From a virus: 64,000 nucleotides of DNA. Positions 17,697-27,619 of this stretch are shown here, piece after piece. Positions within the stretch are counted from its first letter, which is position 1. Every line of letters starts with the position of its first letter. The stretch spans positions 64,001 to 128,000 of IMG/VR virus record IMGVR_UViG_3300020171_000001; one strand, 5' to 3'. Both the position numbers and the translations under genes were made by a program. The notes below the pieces were generated by a model, which was not told where the DNA came from, made no database searches, and saw nothing but the letters and a program-made list of their open reading frames with translations.

Positions 17697-18050
17697 CTAC
17701 ACCACGCTGAAGTTGCCCACGGCGTGGGCGCCACCGCCGCTGTTGTAGGTGACCACGTGGTAGGATCCGTCGTGCTGATCCTGAATCCGGTACTGGTCCA
17801 GCGTGGGCGGGTTGGTACCGTCTGCCGAGATGCCGGCTCCGGTGCCACCCGCGTAGAGGGTTCCGGAGCCGCCCGCGACGACGAGTGCATCGAGGGTTCC
17901 CGCGTTCCAGCGCGTGATGACCGTGTTGATCCCGGTGATCACAGTGTTCAACGCGCTGACCAGCGAGCCGGTCAGACGCCCGTCGAAGACTTTTGCGCCG
18001 CTCTTGAACGCGGTTACGGCTACGGAGCTGATCGGGGTGATAGCAGCCAT
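17697..18050 (-). CDS. Ser/Thr/Gly-rich hypothetical protein (short fibre-like)
   Basis: AAGGAG RBS, TAGACA-N17-GATACT promoter-like site, high-GC3 codon usage. Confidence 0.7.
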   Translation of the reverse strand: MAAITPISSVAVTAFKSGAKVFDGRLTGSLVSALNTVITGINTVITRWNAGTLDALVVAGGSGTLYAGGTGAGISADGTNPPTLDQYRIQDQHDGSYHVVTYNSGGGAHAVGNFSVV

Positions 18051-18164
18051 GGGGTTACTCCTTGGGATTGGAGACTACGCGGAGTATCGCTGTGCTCTCG
18101 CGTGCTGTCTAGGTTACGAGTTCGCGGGCAGGGCCCATTCCATACCCATGCGCCCAGACTACAG

Positions 18165-18530
18165 CTACTCCAAGTTCATGTCAAAAGTCATATCGGAGTC
18201 GCCCCCAGGCAAGCGCAAATGCAGGAATCCCTGGGAGTCCATGAAGGTCTGCAACCGGTAGAATTTCTGGATCACGGCTGACAACACGCGTGTAGCGGGC
18301 ACACCGGAGACCTGACCTGTTGCAATTTGTATGATTTCGTGGAGTTTGGCCTTGCTAACGGCACTCAGGTCTACGGACGTGGAGCCCTTGGGGCGTTTGC
18401 GTGGGCCCCGCCTTTGCTTTTTCTTCTTCAGCCCTAATGACTCCGAAGCTTTCGAAGCTTTCGAAGCTTTCGAAGCTTTCGAAGCCTTTGGGGCCCTTGC
18501 AACCTTGGTGGTCTTCGGTGGTTTTTCCAT
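18165..18530 (-). CDS. basic putative ribbon-helix-helix DNA-binding protein with a (KAS)n tail
   Basis: KASKASKASKAS, KKKKQRRGPRKRPK, then TSVDLS-helix-helix. Confidence 0.5.
   Translation of the reverse strand: MEKPPKTTKVARAPKASKASKASKASKASESLGLKKKKQRRGPRKRPKGSTSVDLSAVSKAKLHEIIQIATGQVSGVPATRVLSAVIQKFYRLQTFMDSQGFLHLRLPGGDSDMTFDMNLE
18444..18486. repeat. 9-bp tandem repeat (CGAAGCTTT)x4+
   Basis: Directly visible; encodes the KAS repeats. Confidence 0.95.
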
Positions 18531-18693
18531 TAGCTGATAGACTACCTACCGTATAGCATGTGGCATGTCAACGTGTATTTGGGGGCGGCAGGGATCCCCC
18601 AGAAAATCAACGGGAGGCATCATAGGTGCTTGCCATGGTGCAAACCGCCGGGTATCCTGGGGGCCAACATCTGGAGTAGTACCGGAGCGGCCT

Positions 18694-20586
18694 ATGGACG
18701 ACATGCATACCACGACGCAGGGCGATCAATCGCAAGCTGCGGCCACTGGCGGAACTGACGTAGAAGCCGGTGGAGCTTTCGTCAAGATACAGAGCTTGGG
18801 CACGGAGTCTTCGGAGAGCGCCCGGGTAGGCGAGCTGTTTGTCACATCAGGTGGAGGCCCCCCGGCGCTTGCTCCGCGGGAGTCCGATAACGATGCTGAC
18901 ACGCTGGTTCGGAACTCTTGGTCCGTGCTCAGCATCGTGACAGCGCTCCTCGACAACGTGTATGGGGCGCCGGTGGATGTGGAGCCTGTGGTGGACCCGG
19001 CCAGCGAAGAGGGTAAGCGAACCATCCGGCGTTGGATCCGGCTCCAACGGGCCATGCGGGGAACCTCGGATCGGACTCATCTGGAGATTTCTCAGGCCTC
19101 GTTGGACCAGGCCTGCGGGTGGCTCGATGCCCGGATCGAATACGAGCTGGCTCGCGCCGAGGGCTTCTACGATACGTGCGGGGTAGACCACGATCTGCAG
19201 ACCACACGTATTCTTCTCGGATTCGACCTCGAGACCCGCGGGCGCGCGCACCTGGAGGTTCTGCGGGGCATGGACGGCACTCCGCGGGCCATTCAGTGGG
19301 TCTCCTCCCGGTTCATCCGGATTGAGCCCAAGAAAGACATCGTGGGGTTCCACGACGTGGATGTCCACAACCCCCTCGTTCAGATCGAAGAAGTACGGTA
19401 CCGCCGGTTTCACGGGTTCTATCAGGTGACGGCCGCGCCAGGGTCCGGCGTGTGGTCATACTTCCGTGAGTTTGGCGACCCGCGTATCCGGAGCCGGCGC
19501 TCGGGCCAGCGGGGCTTCGCGACCCTGGAAGACCTCCAAAGGGCCGAAACCGGACCGGGGGGCGCGGGGTCCGGGGCCCACTACGCGCAGGCAGGTTGGC
19601 CCCCGGGGACCCCCGCCACGGAGATTTTGCACTTTGCCCTCTCCGCGCCCTGGGCAGAATCTACTGGACTGGCCCCCTGGTACGCGGCCAAGCCCGAAGC
19701 TCTGGGTATCCGCGAGCTCGCGCAGGAGAACCGTGGGCTGTTGTCCGGCCAGTTGATTCCGCTGCTGCTCATGATGGTCTCCGGCGGCGCTCGTATCGGG
19801 CCCGATCAGCAGGAGTACTGGCAGCGGCAGTTCCAGTCGATTCGGCCTGGGGAACGCGGGCTATTGATCATGCAAGTTCTCGGTGACCGGCTGGTCGGCT
19901 CAGGGGCTCGCAGCGGTGGCGAGCCCAAGATCCAAATCGAGAACACCCGTCCGGCGCAGCAGGACGATGCCTTGGGCCTGAAGTACACCAAGGAGGCCGA
20001 TCGGGCTGTTCGCCGGCTCTACCGGTTCCCTGCGCCGGCACTGGGAGACTTGGAGGGTGTGAACGAGAACACAGCGGACTTGGCCTTGCGGTTCGCCGAG
20101 AGCCAGATCTACGAGCCCCGAAGGGACGCATTCAACCGGCCCTTCGACCAGATTCTGCGGGAGATGGGGCTGGTCGCCGTTCGCACGCGCACACGACCGC
20201 GTATACCCATGCACCTGGGAGAGATCGCTGAAGCCTTCCAGCGTCTGAGCGAGGCCTCCTTGGTCACACCGGAAGACGTTCGACCGTTCCTCCGCCGCCT
20301 GGTCCCCGGTTTGGACCACCTGGGAGACCGGTATTGGGCCAAGCTCCCCCGACGGGTGACCGAGGCCTACATGATGGCACGAGCGCCGCAAGCCGTGGCC
20401 AATTTCCTCGAGCTCGACGACGCACATGCACCGGCGCCGGAAGCATCTGAGCAGATGCGCTCGGCGGACCTCCAAGACGCGGCTGATGTGCTCGCCGGGT
20501 ACGCCCCGGCAACGGCCCCGACCATGGATTCTGAGAATTCTGAGAATTCTGAGAGTTCTGGGACTACGGAGAAGCTCAATGACTGA
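18694..20586 (+). CDS. phage portal protein (PBSX-like)
   Basis: DLETRGRAHLEVLRGMDG, YFREFGDPR, ATEILHF, GLAPW; first gene of the head module. Confidence 0.85.
   Translation: MDDMHTTTQGDQSQAAATGGTDVEAGGAFVKIQSLGTESSESARVGELFVTSGGGPPALAPRESDNDADTLVRNSWSVLSIVTALLDNVYGAPVDVEPVVDPASEEGKRTIRRWIRLQRAMRGTSDRTHLEISQASLDQACGWLDARIEYELARAEGFYDTCGVDHDLQTTRILLGFDLETRGRAHLEVLRGMDGTPRAIQWVSSRFIRIEPKKDIVGFHDVDVHNPLVQIEEVRYRRFHGFYQVTAAPGSGVWSYFREFGDPRIRSRRSGQRGFATLEDLQRAETGPGGAGSGAHYAQAGWPPGTPATEILHFALSAPWAESTGLAPWYAAKPEALGIRELAQENRGLLSGQLIPLLLMMVSGGARIGPDQQEYWQRQFQSIRPGERGLLIMQVLGDRLVGSGARSGGEPKIQIENTRPAQQDDALGLKYTKEADRAVRRLYRFPAPALGDLEGVNENTADLALRFAESQIYEPRRDAFNRPFDQILREMGLVAVRTRTRPRIPMHLGEIAEAFQRLSEASLVTPEDVRPFLRRLVPGLDHLGDRYWAKLPRRVTEAYMMARAPQAVANFLELDDAHAPAPEASEQMRSADLQDAADVLAGYAPATAPTMDSENSENSESSGTTEKLND
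20528..20560. repeat. 9-bp tandem repeat (ATTCTGAGA)x3
   Basis: Directly visible; encodes SENSENSES. Confidence 0.9.
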
Positions 20587-21121
20587 TGATTGGATGGCTC
20601 GTAGAGACCGGCAGGGCCTTGCTATCTTGGGGTCGGTGGCAGGCCAACGCAAAGCTCTACAGGGCCGTGAAGAACACCTGATGCTCGCCCGCGTCGTCAC
20701 GAACGTGTCTATCCCACCTGCCGTGGGAGAGACCCTTGCGTGCAACCCGCGATTCGCTCAGCCGTTCTTCGTGGGCATCGGGCGTACACTGCACCGGGCG
20801 ATGACAGACCCTCGTACGCGTCCGCTGGTGTGGTCCGACGCGGCGGTAAAAGAGCGCCTGGACGTGATCTATGACCTGGTGACCCGGCTCCATGGCGATG
20901 GAAACATCTCCATCCTGGCGACCATGGATCGCCTTTGGGGCGCTGTACTTGCTCGACTGCAGCGTGCGCAGCACCCGGATGACGCTGCTGAGGAGCAGAT
21001 CGCGGGTTCTGCCATGGAGCCCAGTACAGACGGACTCACGGGCAATAGCTGGGCTTGCGCCGAGTCAAAGCCCGGCACCGTGCGAATGAACCCGGGGACT
21101 GAAGACTTCCGGGAGGAGTAA
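20579..21121 (+). CDS. hypothetical protein
   Basis: The ATG overlaps the portal end; operonic. Confidence 0.65.
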   Translation: MTDDWMARRDRQGLAILGSVAGQRKALQGREEHLMLARVVTNVSIPPAVGETLACNPRFAQPFFVGIGRTLHRAMTDPRTRPLVWSDAAVKERLDVIYDLVTRLHGDGNISILATMDRLWGAVLARLQRAQHPDDAAEEQIAGSAMEPSTDGLTGNSWACAESKPGTVRMNPGTEDFREE

Positions 21122-21127
21122 GCGCCG

Positions 21128-22609
21128 ATGCCTGTATCCCCAATGAGACAAGAGCGGCAGTTTCTGGCTGAGGCTGTGCGCAAGTCCGTGCAGGGTCTTG
21201 TCGAAACCATCCGAGGATCTGACACGCGGGGCGCCCAATCGGGCCTTGCCGATGGCTCACAGCGTTTGCTGGACGTACTGGGCCCTGGTGGGCTCCGGCG
21301 AGTCATTCAGGGGTACCGAGATCTCCACATGCTTTTCGGTGCTGGCCCTGACTCACCTGAGTGGGCCGTGCATGCTGAACATGCTCTGTGTGAGGCTCTC
21401 GGTGCCCTGGGCGTCCGTCTCCGGTACGCGGATAGGCTGGCTACGGTAGCCGGTGTGCACGGTGCGTCGAAGTACTCCTGCGGTACAACGCAGGAGGGCG
21501 CTGCGCTTCTCACTGAGGTATACCACTTGGCCCCGGACTGCATCATGATGTCGCCTGAAGGCGTCGGAGTGCGCTGCCGCGTCGGCGGCGAGGATCTGTC
21601 TCTGGAACTCTCAGGGGCCCTTGAGGCTTGTGCCCATGCGAGTGTCCTGAGTTCGTATCTCCCCGCAAGTCTGAAGTTGGCCCCTATGCCGTCTGGGGAT
21701 GGGGCACTGCGCCATGTAGGGCTTCCGGAGCCAGTTGCTGGGTCCGCGATGGCCACTGCAGTTTCAGTTTACGACGTGGTCCTCTTGAAGCGCGGCGCCG
21801 GGGCTTCTGGGCCCCTCGACGTTTGGAGCCCTGGGCGATCGGTGGATGCCCTGCCGGCAGCCCGTGTCGAGTTCCTCCGCGTGAACGCCGTTCCGGGCGT
21901 CATGCCGATGACCGCGGGGGCCAAGACCCGAGACGCGGGGGCATCCATGCCGCCAGTTCGCGGGCTGATCTCCGTGCCCTTTGAAGTCATGCCCCTCGAT
22001 GGCTCCGGGAGCACAGGACCGCGCTCGCCAGGAGCCAGTGTGGTACCGGGCCAGGCCCAGCAACGGTGCTACTCCGGGCCCATCATCGGACAAACCACGG
22101 GGGCAAAACGCGCCAGTGGTACTCCGGGCCCGGGGCCGAGCTCGCTGGACCCCATGGGCTATCCCATGGACGGAGAGTTCCCAGTAGACCGCATTGTAAC
22201 CGGTATCGTACTGGAGCCTGAGAAGCCCGACTTTGCTCGTGAGCCGATAGGCAAAGCGGACGGGGAGCTTCTGGTAGCCTCTGGCGACATTCTCTCGGCT
22301 GAGCAGGTAAAGCTGGCCATGTACTGGTGGATGGCCAACACGCGTGGGAGGATGACCTTCATCCATACCGTTCATGGCGGAAAGGAGATCCAGGAGGAGT
22401 GCCCGGTCCTGTCGTGCTGGACCGTGGGAGCTCGTGGGGAGATGTGGAACGGCCGCGAAGTTGTTCCTGGCACATGGCTCCTCAGCGTGTGGTGCCGACC
22501 TGATTGGATCTGGGAGGACATCCAGGCAAAGAAAATCCGTGCGTTCTCCATCGGGTACTTCGGGTACTACCACACGGAGTCAAGGTCTGGCGCACTCGGC
22601 GGCGACTGA
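21128..22609 (+). CDS. protein with a C-terminal XkdF-like prohead serine protease domain
   Basis: RIVTGIVLEPE..GDILSAEQV..H..VVPGTWLLSV..IWEDIQAKKIRAFSIG. Confidence 0.8.
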   Translation: MPVSPMRQERQFLAEAVRKSVQGLVETIRGSDTRGAQSGLADGSQRLLDVLGPGGLRRVIQGYRDLHMLFGAGPDSPEWAVHAEHALCEALGALGVRLRYADRLATVAGVHGASKYSCGTTQEGAALLTEVYHLAPDCIMMSPEGVGVRCRVGGEDLSLELSGALEACAHASVLSSYLPASLKLAPMPSGDGALRHVGLPEPVAGSAMATAVSVYDVVLLKRGAGASGPLDVWSPGRSVDALPAARVEFLRVNAVPGVMPMTAGAKTRDAGASMPPVRGLISVPFEVMPLDGSGSTGPRSPGASVVPGQAQQRCYSGPIIGQTTGAKRASGTPGPGPSSLDPMGYPMDGEFPVDRIVTGIVLEPEKPDFAREPIGKADGELLVASGDILSAEQVKLAMYWWMANTRGRMTFIHTVHGGKEIQEECPVLSCWTVGARGEMWNGREVVPGTWLLSVWCRPDWIWEDIQAKKIRAFSIGYFGYYHTESRSGALGGD

Positions 22610-22659
22610 AGCATCGAGCGTTTGATCTCCAGACGCTTTCTGGTGCATTCTGCGGGTTG

Positions 22660-24294
22660 ATGACCCAAGTACCACATGACGGCTTGGTAGAGCACCAGGG
22701 GATGCGCCAGCGAGTCCTGGACGTACTCCGGCGCTTGCTCTGGGTCCGTTCCTACGAGGTCGCCCTCGTACCTGCAGGGGCCAACGGCGCCGAAGATTTC
22801 CTGGACGGCGTGAAGGCCCTGCCTGAGAGCGACACCGCACTGGACGGCCTACGGTGGGAGCGCCTTGGAGAGGCCATCACGGCTCTCGGTGTGGGTCTCC
22901 GTTCGGCGCTGGGCAATGAGATCCAGGGTACGGATGAGGCACTGAGCGACGCCTTGGACGCCGTAGTAGACGGTCTCAAAGAGCTCGGCGGGCCGCGCCT
23001 CGAATCCGCAAAAGATCCTCTGTGCCAAGTAACCCGGGCCGTTCGGGATATCGAAGTCGAGACACTGCTCTTGCAATCTCGCGATCCAGAAGCAGCCAAG
23101 GCCATTCGTGGGTTCTGCCAGGAGATAGCGGAGGTACTACCTGCTAGCACCGTCAGCAGCGGGTCTCCTGGCTTCTCCGGAACACGGGAGAAGCCATCCG
23201 GGCAAAAGCCTGGAGGGAGCAAGACACCGCCAGAGGGCTACCCCAAAGACCGTGATGCGTACTTGGACCCGGACAACTACAAGTACCCCATCGACACTGA
23301 GAAGCGCGTACGCGCGGCGATTACATACCTCTCCCGTGAAAGGCCCAATGGCCCCGGGAAGTACACGCGGAACGATCTGGTCTGGATGTGGGAGCGACTC
23401 CGCCGCGCGGCCGAAGGGTACAACATCGAAGTTGCTGAGAGTACTGGAGTCAAGACTCAGGCGCACGCGGGTACCCTGTCGAACGCAGCGGGGGGCGCCA
23501 CGGACGCAGGTTGCGCCGGGCCAGTGGGGACCTCGAGTTCCGGGGAACTCTGTGTAGAAAGCAAGACCACGAGCTCCTTCGGGGGCACGATCGTACATCT
23601 CGTGGAAAACTCGCCGGAGGACCACACCCGCGTGGGAACCATGCAGGGTGCAAAGGTCCTCGGCGAATCCCAAGTGACCGCCGAAGCCGGGAAGGAAACA
23701 AACATGACTACCACTGAGAGTTCTGAGGCGGCCATTGAGCCGATTGCCGAGCCGATTGCCGAGCCGATTGCCGAGCCGATTGCCGAGCCGGCTGTCAAGG
23801 CTGAGACGGATGCCGACCCGGATGCCAAGCCCGCGGTGCCTGCTGAGCCCGATCCGGCGCCGGTAGCCGAGGTCAAGAGCGATCTGTCTGCGGCAGACCC
23901 TGCGCCGGAGTCCGCGGAGTCCGCGGAGCCCGCGGAGCTGTTGGGCCCCTCGCCGGCCGAAAAGGCGATCGAGGGTCTCCAGACCGAGATGCTGGCGGCC
24001 ATGGAGGGCCTGAAGGGACTACTGGAAGCGTCTCTGGGGACCTTCGAGGATCGGCTGGGCAAGCTCGAGACCAAGGCCAGCGAAGCCGTGGCCTCTGCCC
24101 AGCGGGCTTGCGACGAGGTTTCCGGGGTCAAAGCGCGGCAGCACCAGGGGATCCCGGGCACGGCGCCCATGGTGGACCTGGAACCCGCGAGCACTGTCCC
24201 GGATCGTTCCGATATCGATACCGAGGACTACAGCCGGTCGAGTCGGCTGAAGGACCTGAGAGCCAAGAAGGGTGGATTCTCCCCCTGTTTCTAG
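22660..24294 (+). CDS. putative capsid scaffold/head protein
   Basis: N-terminal RRL..YEVALVPAGANG (protease-type tail motif), YKYPIDTEKRVRAAITYL domain, acidic Pro/Ala linker and coiled coil; directly upstream of the capsid gene. Confidence 0.65.
   Translation: MTQVPHDGLVEHQGMRQRVLDVLRRLLWVRSYEVALVPAGANGAEDFLDGVKALPESDTALDGLRWERLGEAITALGVGLRSALGNEIQGTDEALSDALDAVVDGLKELGGPRLESAKDPLCQVTRAVRDIEVETLLLQSRDPEAAKAIRGFCQEIAEVLPASTVSSGSPGFSGTREKPSGQKPGGSKTPPEGYPKDRDAYLDPDNYKYPIDTEKRVRAAITYLSRERPNGPGKYTRNDLVWMWERLRRAAEGYNIEVAESTGVKTQAHAGTLSNAAGGATDAGCAGPVGTSSSGELCVESKTTSSFGGTIVHLVENSPEDHTRVGTMQGAKVLGESQVTAEAGKETNMTTTESSEAAIEPIAEPIAEPIAEPIAEPAVKAETDADPDAKPAVPAEPDPAPVAEVKSDLSAADPAPESAESAEPAELLGPSPAEKAIEGLQTEMLAAMEGLKGLLEASLGTFEDRLGKLETKASEAVASAQRACDEVSGVKARQHQGIPGTAPMVDLEPASTVPDRSDIDTEDYSRSSRLKDLRAKKGGFSPCF
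23737..23790. repeat. 12-bp tandem repeat (GAGCCGATTGCC)x4.5
   Basis: Directly visible; encodes EPIA repeats. Confidence 0.95.
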
Positions 24295-24366
24295 GGGCCC
24301 GTGAGGGGCCTGGACGTGGTTTCATGAAGCTACCGGTGGATGCCGGTGCAGGAAAAGGAGCTGAAG

Positions 24367-25323
24367 ATGCCCATCACCGAAGGTAGCCACCTGAAGCCCA
24401 CCTGGGCCCAGAAGGCTGATCTGCAGATCTCCCAGATCGCGTCGGGTGGCGAGCTGGTTCGAGAGCAGGTGGAGGAGTACTTCCTCGTGGCCATCGCCGA
24501 GGCGGTAATGCTGGACAAGGTCCGCACTGTGATCATGGGTCGGGACCAGATCGAGTTCCCGATCATGAGCACTTTCGGGGATTCTGTCTGGCAGCCTGCG
24601 TCGGAGTACACCGCGCTGGTCGACGCCGAGCGCGTGCGCCCGGGGTTCACCCAGACCATCCTGACCGTGCGCGAGATCATGAGCGAGGTCCGCTGGCCCA
24701 AGCACATCATGAAGCAGCAGGTCGAGAAGGAGCAGCTCAAGAACACGCTGCTGGGCTACCTGGCCAAGCACCACCGGGGCGGGTGGGACAACCTGATCAT
24801 CGCCGGTGACACGGCGAGCGGGGCCACGCCCTTCCTGCGGCTGTTCAACGGGATGATCGCGGGGGCCACCACCTATGTGTACCCGGCGGGTACCGTGGCG
24901 CTGTCCTCCACGGTCCTCAACACCATCAAGTTCACCATGCTCCAGCCCTACCGGAGCGGCCGGAACCTGGCGTTCTACACCTCGGAGGAGGCGCTCAACG
25001 CGTACCTCACCGAGCTGGAGAGCCGGAACACCAGCCTGGGTGACACCGTCATCGTCGAGGGCACGGAGATGCCGGCGTATCGCCGAGCCCCGATCTACGA
25101 CATCCCGCGCTTCCCCACGTCGCTGGGCATCGGCACCAACGAGACCGTCGTGATGTACTGCGATGCCAAGGACTTCCTGTTCGGGATCCGGGAGAACATG
25201 GAAGTGGAGACCGAGTACAACCCGCGCCTGCGTGCCACGGCGGTCATCACCACCGCCTGGATCGCTCAGGGCTGGATGTACGAGGAGATGGAGGTCAAGT
25301 CGACGGGCGTCCTGTCCACGTAG
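24367..25323 (+). CDS. major capsid protein (HK97 fold)
   Basis: GGELVREQVEEYF, 318 aa, IIAGDT, FLFGIRENMEVETEY; strongest codon bias; AAGGAG RBS; synteny. Confidence 0.88.
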   Translation: MPITEGSHLKPTWAQKADLQISQIASGGELVREQVEEYFLVAIAEAVMLDKVRTVIMGRDQIEFPIMSTFGDSVWQPASEYTALVDAERVRPGFTQTILTVREIMSEVRWPKHIMKQQVEKEQLKNTLLGYLAKHHRGGWDNLIIAGDTASGATPFLRLFNGMIAGATTYVYPAGTVALSSTVLNTIKFTMLQPYRSGRNLAFYTSEEALNAYLTELESRNTSLGDTVIVEGTEMPAYRRAPIYDIPRFPTSLGIGTNETVVMYCDAKDFLFGIRENMEVETEYNPRLRATAVITTAWIAQGWMYEEMEVKSTGVLST

Positions 25324-25334
25324 AACTAGACCGG

Positions 25335-25364
25335 GTCGGGGGGGCCAGTGGTGGCCCTCCCGAC
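25335..25364 (+). terminator. strong stem-loop after the capsid gene (terminator or mRNA stabiliser)
   Basis: GTCGGGGGGGCCA-gtgg-TGGCCCTCCCGAC 13-bp stem; no U-tract. Confidence 0.55.
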
Positions 25365-25428
25365 TATGGCAATGGCAATGACTTGATCGCGCGCCGGGTG
25401 AGTCCCGAAGCGCAGAATGGAGGATTCC

Positions 25429-25779
25429 ATGGCTATCACTGCAGCCGCCAAGGTCGGCAACCAGATCGCCTTCGGCAAGGAATACACCGGGGAGGCCCGC
25501 GTCCGGTTCACGCTGGACAGCTCCTACCCGGCGGTGACCGGGGGCTACGCGAGTTTCATCACCACCACGGTGAAGGGGATCAGCGGCCTGGCGAACGTGA
25601 CGTTCCTCGATATCCCGACCCAGCTCGTGACCAACGGCGCGGGCGGCTGGCTCCTGACCTACTACGCTCGGGCCACGGACCAGCTGCGGTTCGTCGACCT
25701 GAGCACCGGCGTGGAGTGCACCAACGGGCAGGACCTGTCCACCTACGCGCTGATCGAGCTGATGGTCCGGTTCTACTAG
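25429..25779 (+). CDS. putative capsid decoration/virion protein
   Basis: GGAGG RBS, capsid-like codon bias, position after the capsid gene. Confidence 0.6.
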   Translation: MAITAAAKVGNQIAFGKEYTGEARVRFTLDSSYPAVTGGYASFITTTVKGISGLANVTFLDIPTQLVTNGAGGWLLTYYARATDQLRFVDLSTGVECTNGQDLSTYALIELMVRFY

Positions 25780-25923
25780 GGCGTGCGGCTTCGCCTGTAG
25801 CATAGCAGGTCTACCTACCTGACTTCTGCCCGCGGCCTCCGTGCACGGCCTCTGTGGGCCTTCCAGCTGTCCGTAGCCGGTGCTGTTCTCTGCATTGCGG
25901 GTGGCATTCGTCGTGTTTTTCCC

Positions 25924-25951
25924 TTGCTAAACATACTGGGAGTCCTATAGT
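25924..25951 (+). promoter_or_regulatory. sigma70-like promoter
   Basis: TTGCTA-N16-TATAGT upstream of 25990. Confidence 0.5.
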
Positions 25952-25989
25952 CTCTAACCTGTCATACATGGGACACACAGGAGAAACCC

Positions 25990-26958
25990 GTGGCGATTAA
26001 GAAGAAGATGACGCCCCCGTCATTCGAAGAGGCTATTGGGTCCTTTGGCCGCGAGGATCTCCCCCGGGGGACTGACGCAGCTGACACGGGAGACCGCGAT
26101 GACCAGGACCATGACCAGGACCATGACCAGGACCAGGACCAGGATGGCGCAGACGCGGCAGAGATGCCGATCGTGACCGCGCGTGCTCCTGGCCCTTCGG
26201 CGACTGGCATGGCGGCTGTCCTTCAGGCCATGCAGGATCTTCAAGAGCAGAACGCGCAATTGCTCCAGCGCATGGAGCAGATGGAGAATCGACGACTGGC
26301 GCCCGCCGCGCCGGCCGGCGGTCTCCCCAACCTGGAGCAGATGGACCTGCGGCCCCTCGATGAGGGGTCCATCCATGCAAGTTTCGAGAGCTACTTCTGG
26401 ATTCGCATGAAGCCCTACAATCCCGACTTGGGCCATCTGCGCAAGGGCTGCCCGCTCAACGAGCTGACCGACCGTAGCGGTCGCCCGCGTTTCCTCCGTG
26501 GGGGGACCGGTCGTCCCGGCGACGTGCCGCAGTGGGAGCGTGTGTCAAAGACGCAGGCCCTGCGCATGTCCCGGTATCGCCAACGCGATGAAGTCGCGCA
26601 TTCCCCGATGCTGCTGGACATCGTGACCGAGAAGCAGAAGGAGGCTATCGACCTTCGAGAAGCCGCGATGCGGGCAGGGATGCTGGGCATCTCCGGGATG
26701 GACGCCAACGGCAACATGATCCATGCCAGCAGCCAGGTCCAGGTCAACCGCGGCGGCGGCGTGAGCGCCACGGCCAATGCCCCGGCCCCCCGCGTCGTGG
26801 ATGGAGCTCAAGTCCCGAGCGAGCAGGTCGGCGCAGAGCCCCCGCGGTACTGGGAAGTGCAACGCAACCGGATGGACGCGGCCGTTCGACGTGTCGAGGA
26901 GGGCCTTGGCGGGGACATGAGCATGGGCGACGTATCCATGGGCGGCCGCTTGCCATAG
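25990..26958 (+). CDS. hypothetical protein with a DQDH repeat and coiled coil
   Basis: AGGAG RBS; GACCAG/GACCAT repeat at 26101-26145. Confidence 0.75.
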   Translation: MAIKKKMTPPSFEEAIGSFGREDLPRGTDAADTGDRDDQDHDQDHDQDQDQDGADAAEMPIVTARAPGPSATGMAAVLQAMQDLQEQNAQLLQRMEQMENRRLAPAAPAGGLPNLEQMDLRPLDEGSIHASFESYFWIRMKPYNPDLGHLRKGCPLNELTDRSGRPRFLRGGTGRPGDVPQWERVSKTQALRMSRYRQRDEVAHSPMLLDIVTEKQKEAIDLREAAMRAGMLGISGMDANGNMIHASSQVQVNRGGGVSATANAPAPRVVDGAQVPSEQVGAEPPRYWEVQRNRMDAAVRRVEEGLGGDMSMGDVSMGGRLP

Positions 26959-26985
26959 GCTCTCGGCCTTCGCCCGGCCCTCGTG

Positions 26986-27612
26986 TCAGAGCCGGCCAGC
27001 AGCGCGGAGTGCGTTGCGGGTCCGGGGAAACTGCAGTCGAATGGCGTCAGCTTCTTCATCTGTGAGCCGCCAAGTGCACCCGCGAGCCGGTCGCAGGTCT
27101 GGGTAGACTCGAGCGAGATAGCGGGACATCCCACCAGGGGAATACCCGGTTTCACGCGCGAGGTCGGCCGCCGTGGTGTACCCGGCGAGCCAAAGTAGGC
27201 CCAGCCGATGGCATTTGGTTTTGACCGCCAAGAGTGTCTTTCCCAGGTCCTTCGCAGCGCGCTCTTGCGTCGTCCTTTCAGCTAGAACGTAAAGCCGACT
27301 GACCTCGGCCCGAGTCCATGCGTCTGCACGGGGGTAGGCGAGCTTGAGCTTGGCCGCCCGACGCTTGATCGCCACGTAGGTCCGTCCCAGGGCTCCTGCT
27401 GCATCTTTCAGCGGTTGCGCATGTAGAATCTGGGCGAGGGCACAGTCTTCCTCGACAGACCATGGCTTCAATACGCACACACTGGGTCGCGAGTGCAGGG
27501 CTCTTCGACGACTGGCGCATGCGTGAACGCTTCGGTCCAGCTGCTGCGCGATCTCCCTCAGGGGCATAGGGGTCTGCAGAAGCGCGATCTCGTCTTGCGT
27601 CCAGTACCGCAT
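26986..27612 (-). CDS. tandem Myb/SANT-like HTH repeat DNA-binding protein
   Basis: Three repeats WTQDEIALL..EIAQQLDRS / WSVEEDCAL..AAGALGRT / WTRAEVSRL..AAKDLGKT plus a terminal HTH. Confidence 0.8.
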   Translation of the reverse strand: MRYWTQDEIALLQTPMPLREIAQQLDRSVHACASRRRALHSRPSVCVLKPWSVEEDCALAQILHAQPLKDAAGALGRTYVAIKRRAAKLKLAYPRADAWTRAEVSRLYVLAERTTQERAAKDLGKTLLAVKTKCHRLGLLWLAGYTTAADLARETGYSPGGMSRYLARVYPDLRPARGCTWRLTDEEADAIRLQFPRTRNALRAAGRL

Positions 27613-27619
27613 TGGCCCC

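Noticed and set aside
24322-25803. 493-aa minus-strand ORF (and similar ones at 32285-34195, 37818-39122, 53912-55072, 60632-62828)
   Set aside because: Shadows of capsid, sheath, tape measure, polymerase and ATPase genes, caused by strong GC3 bias
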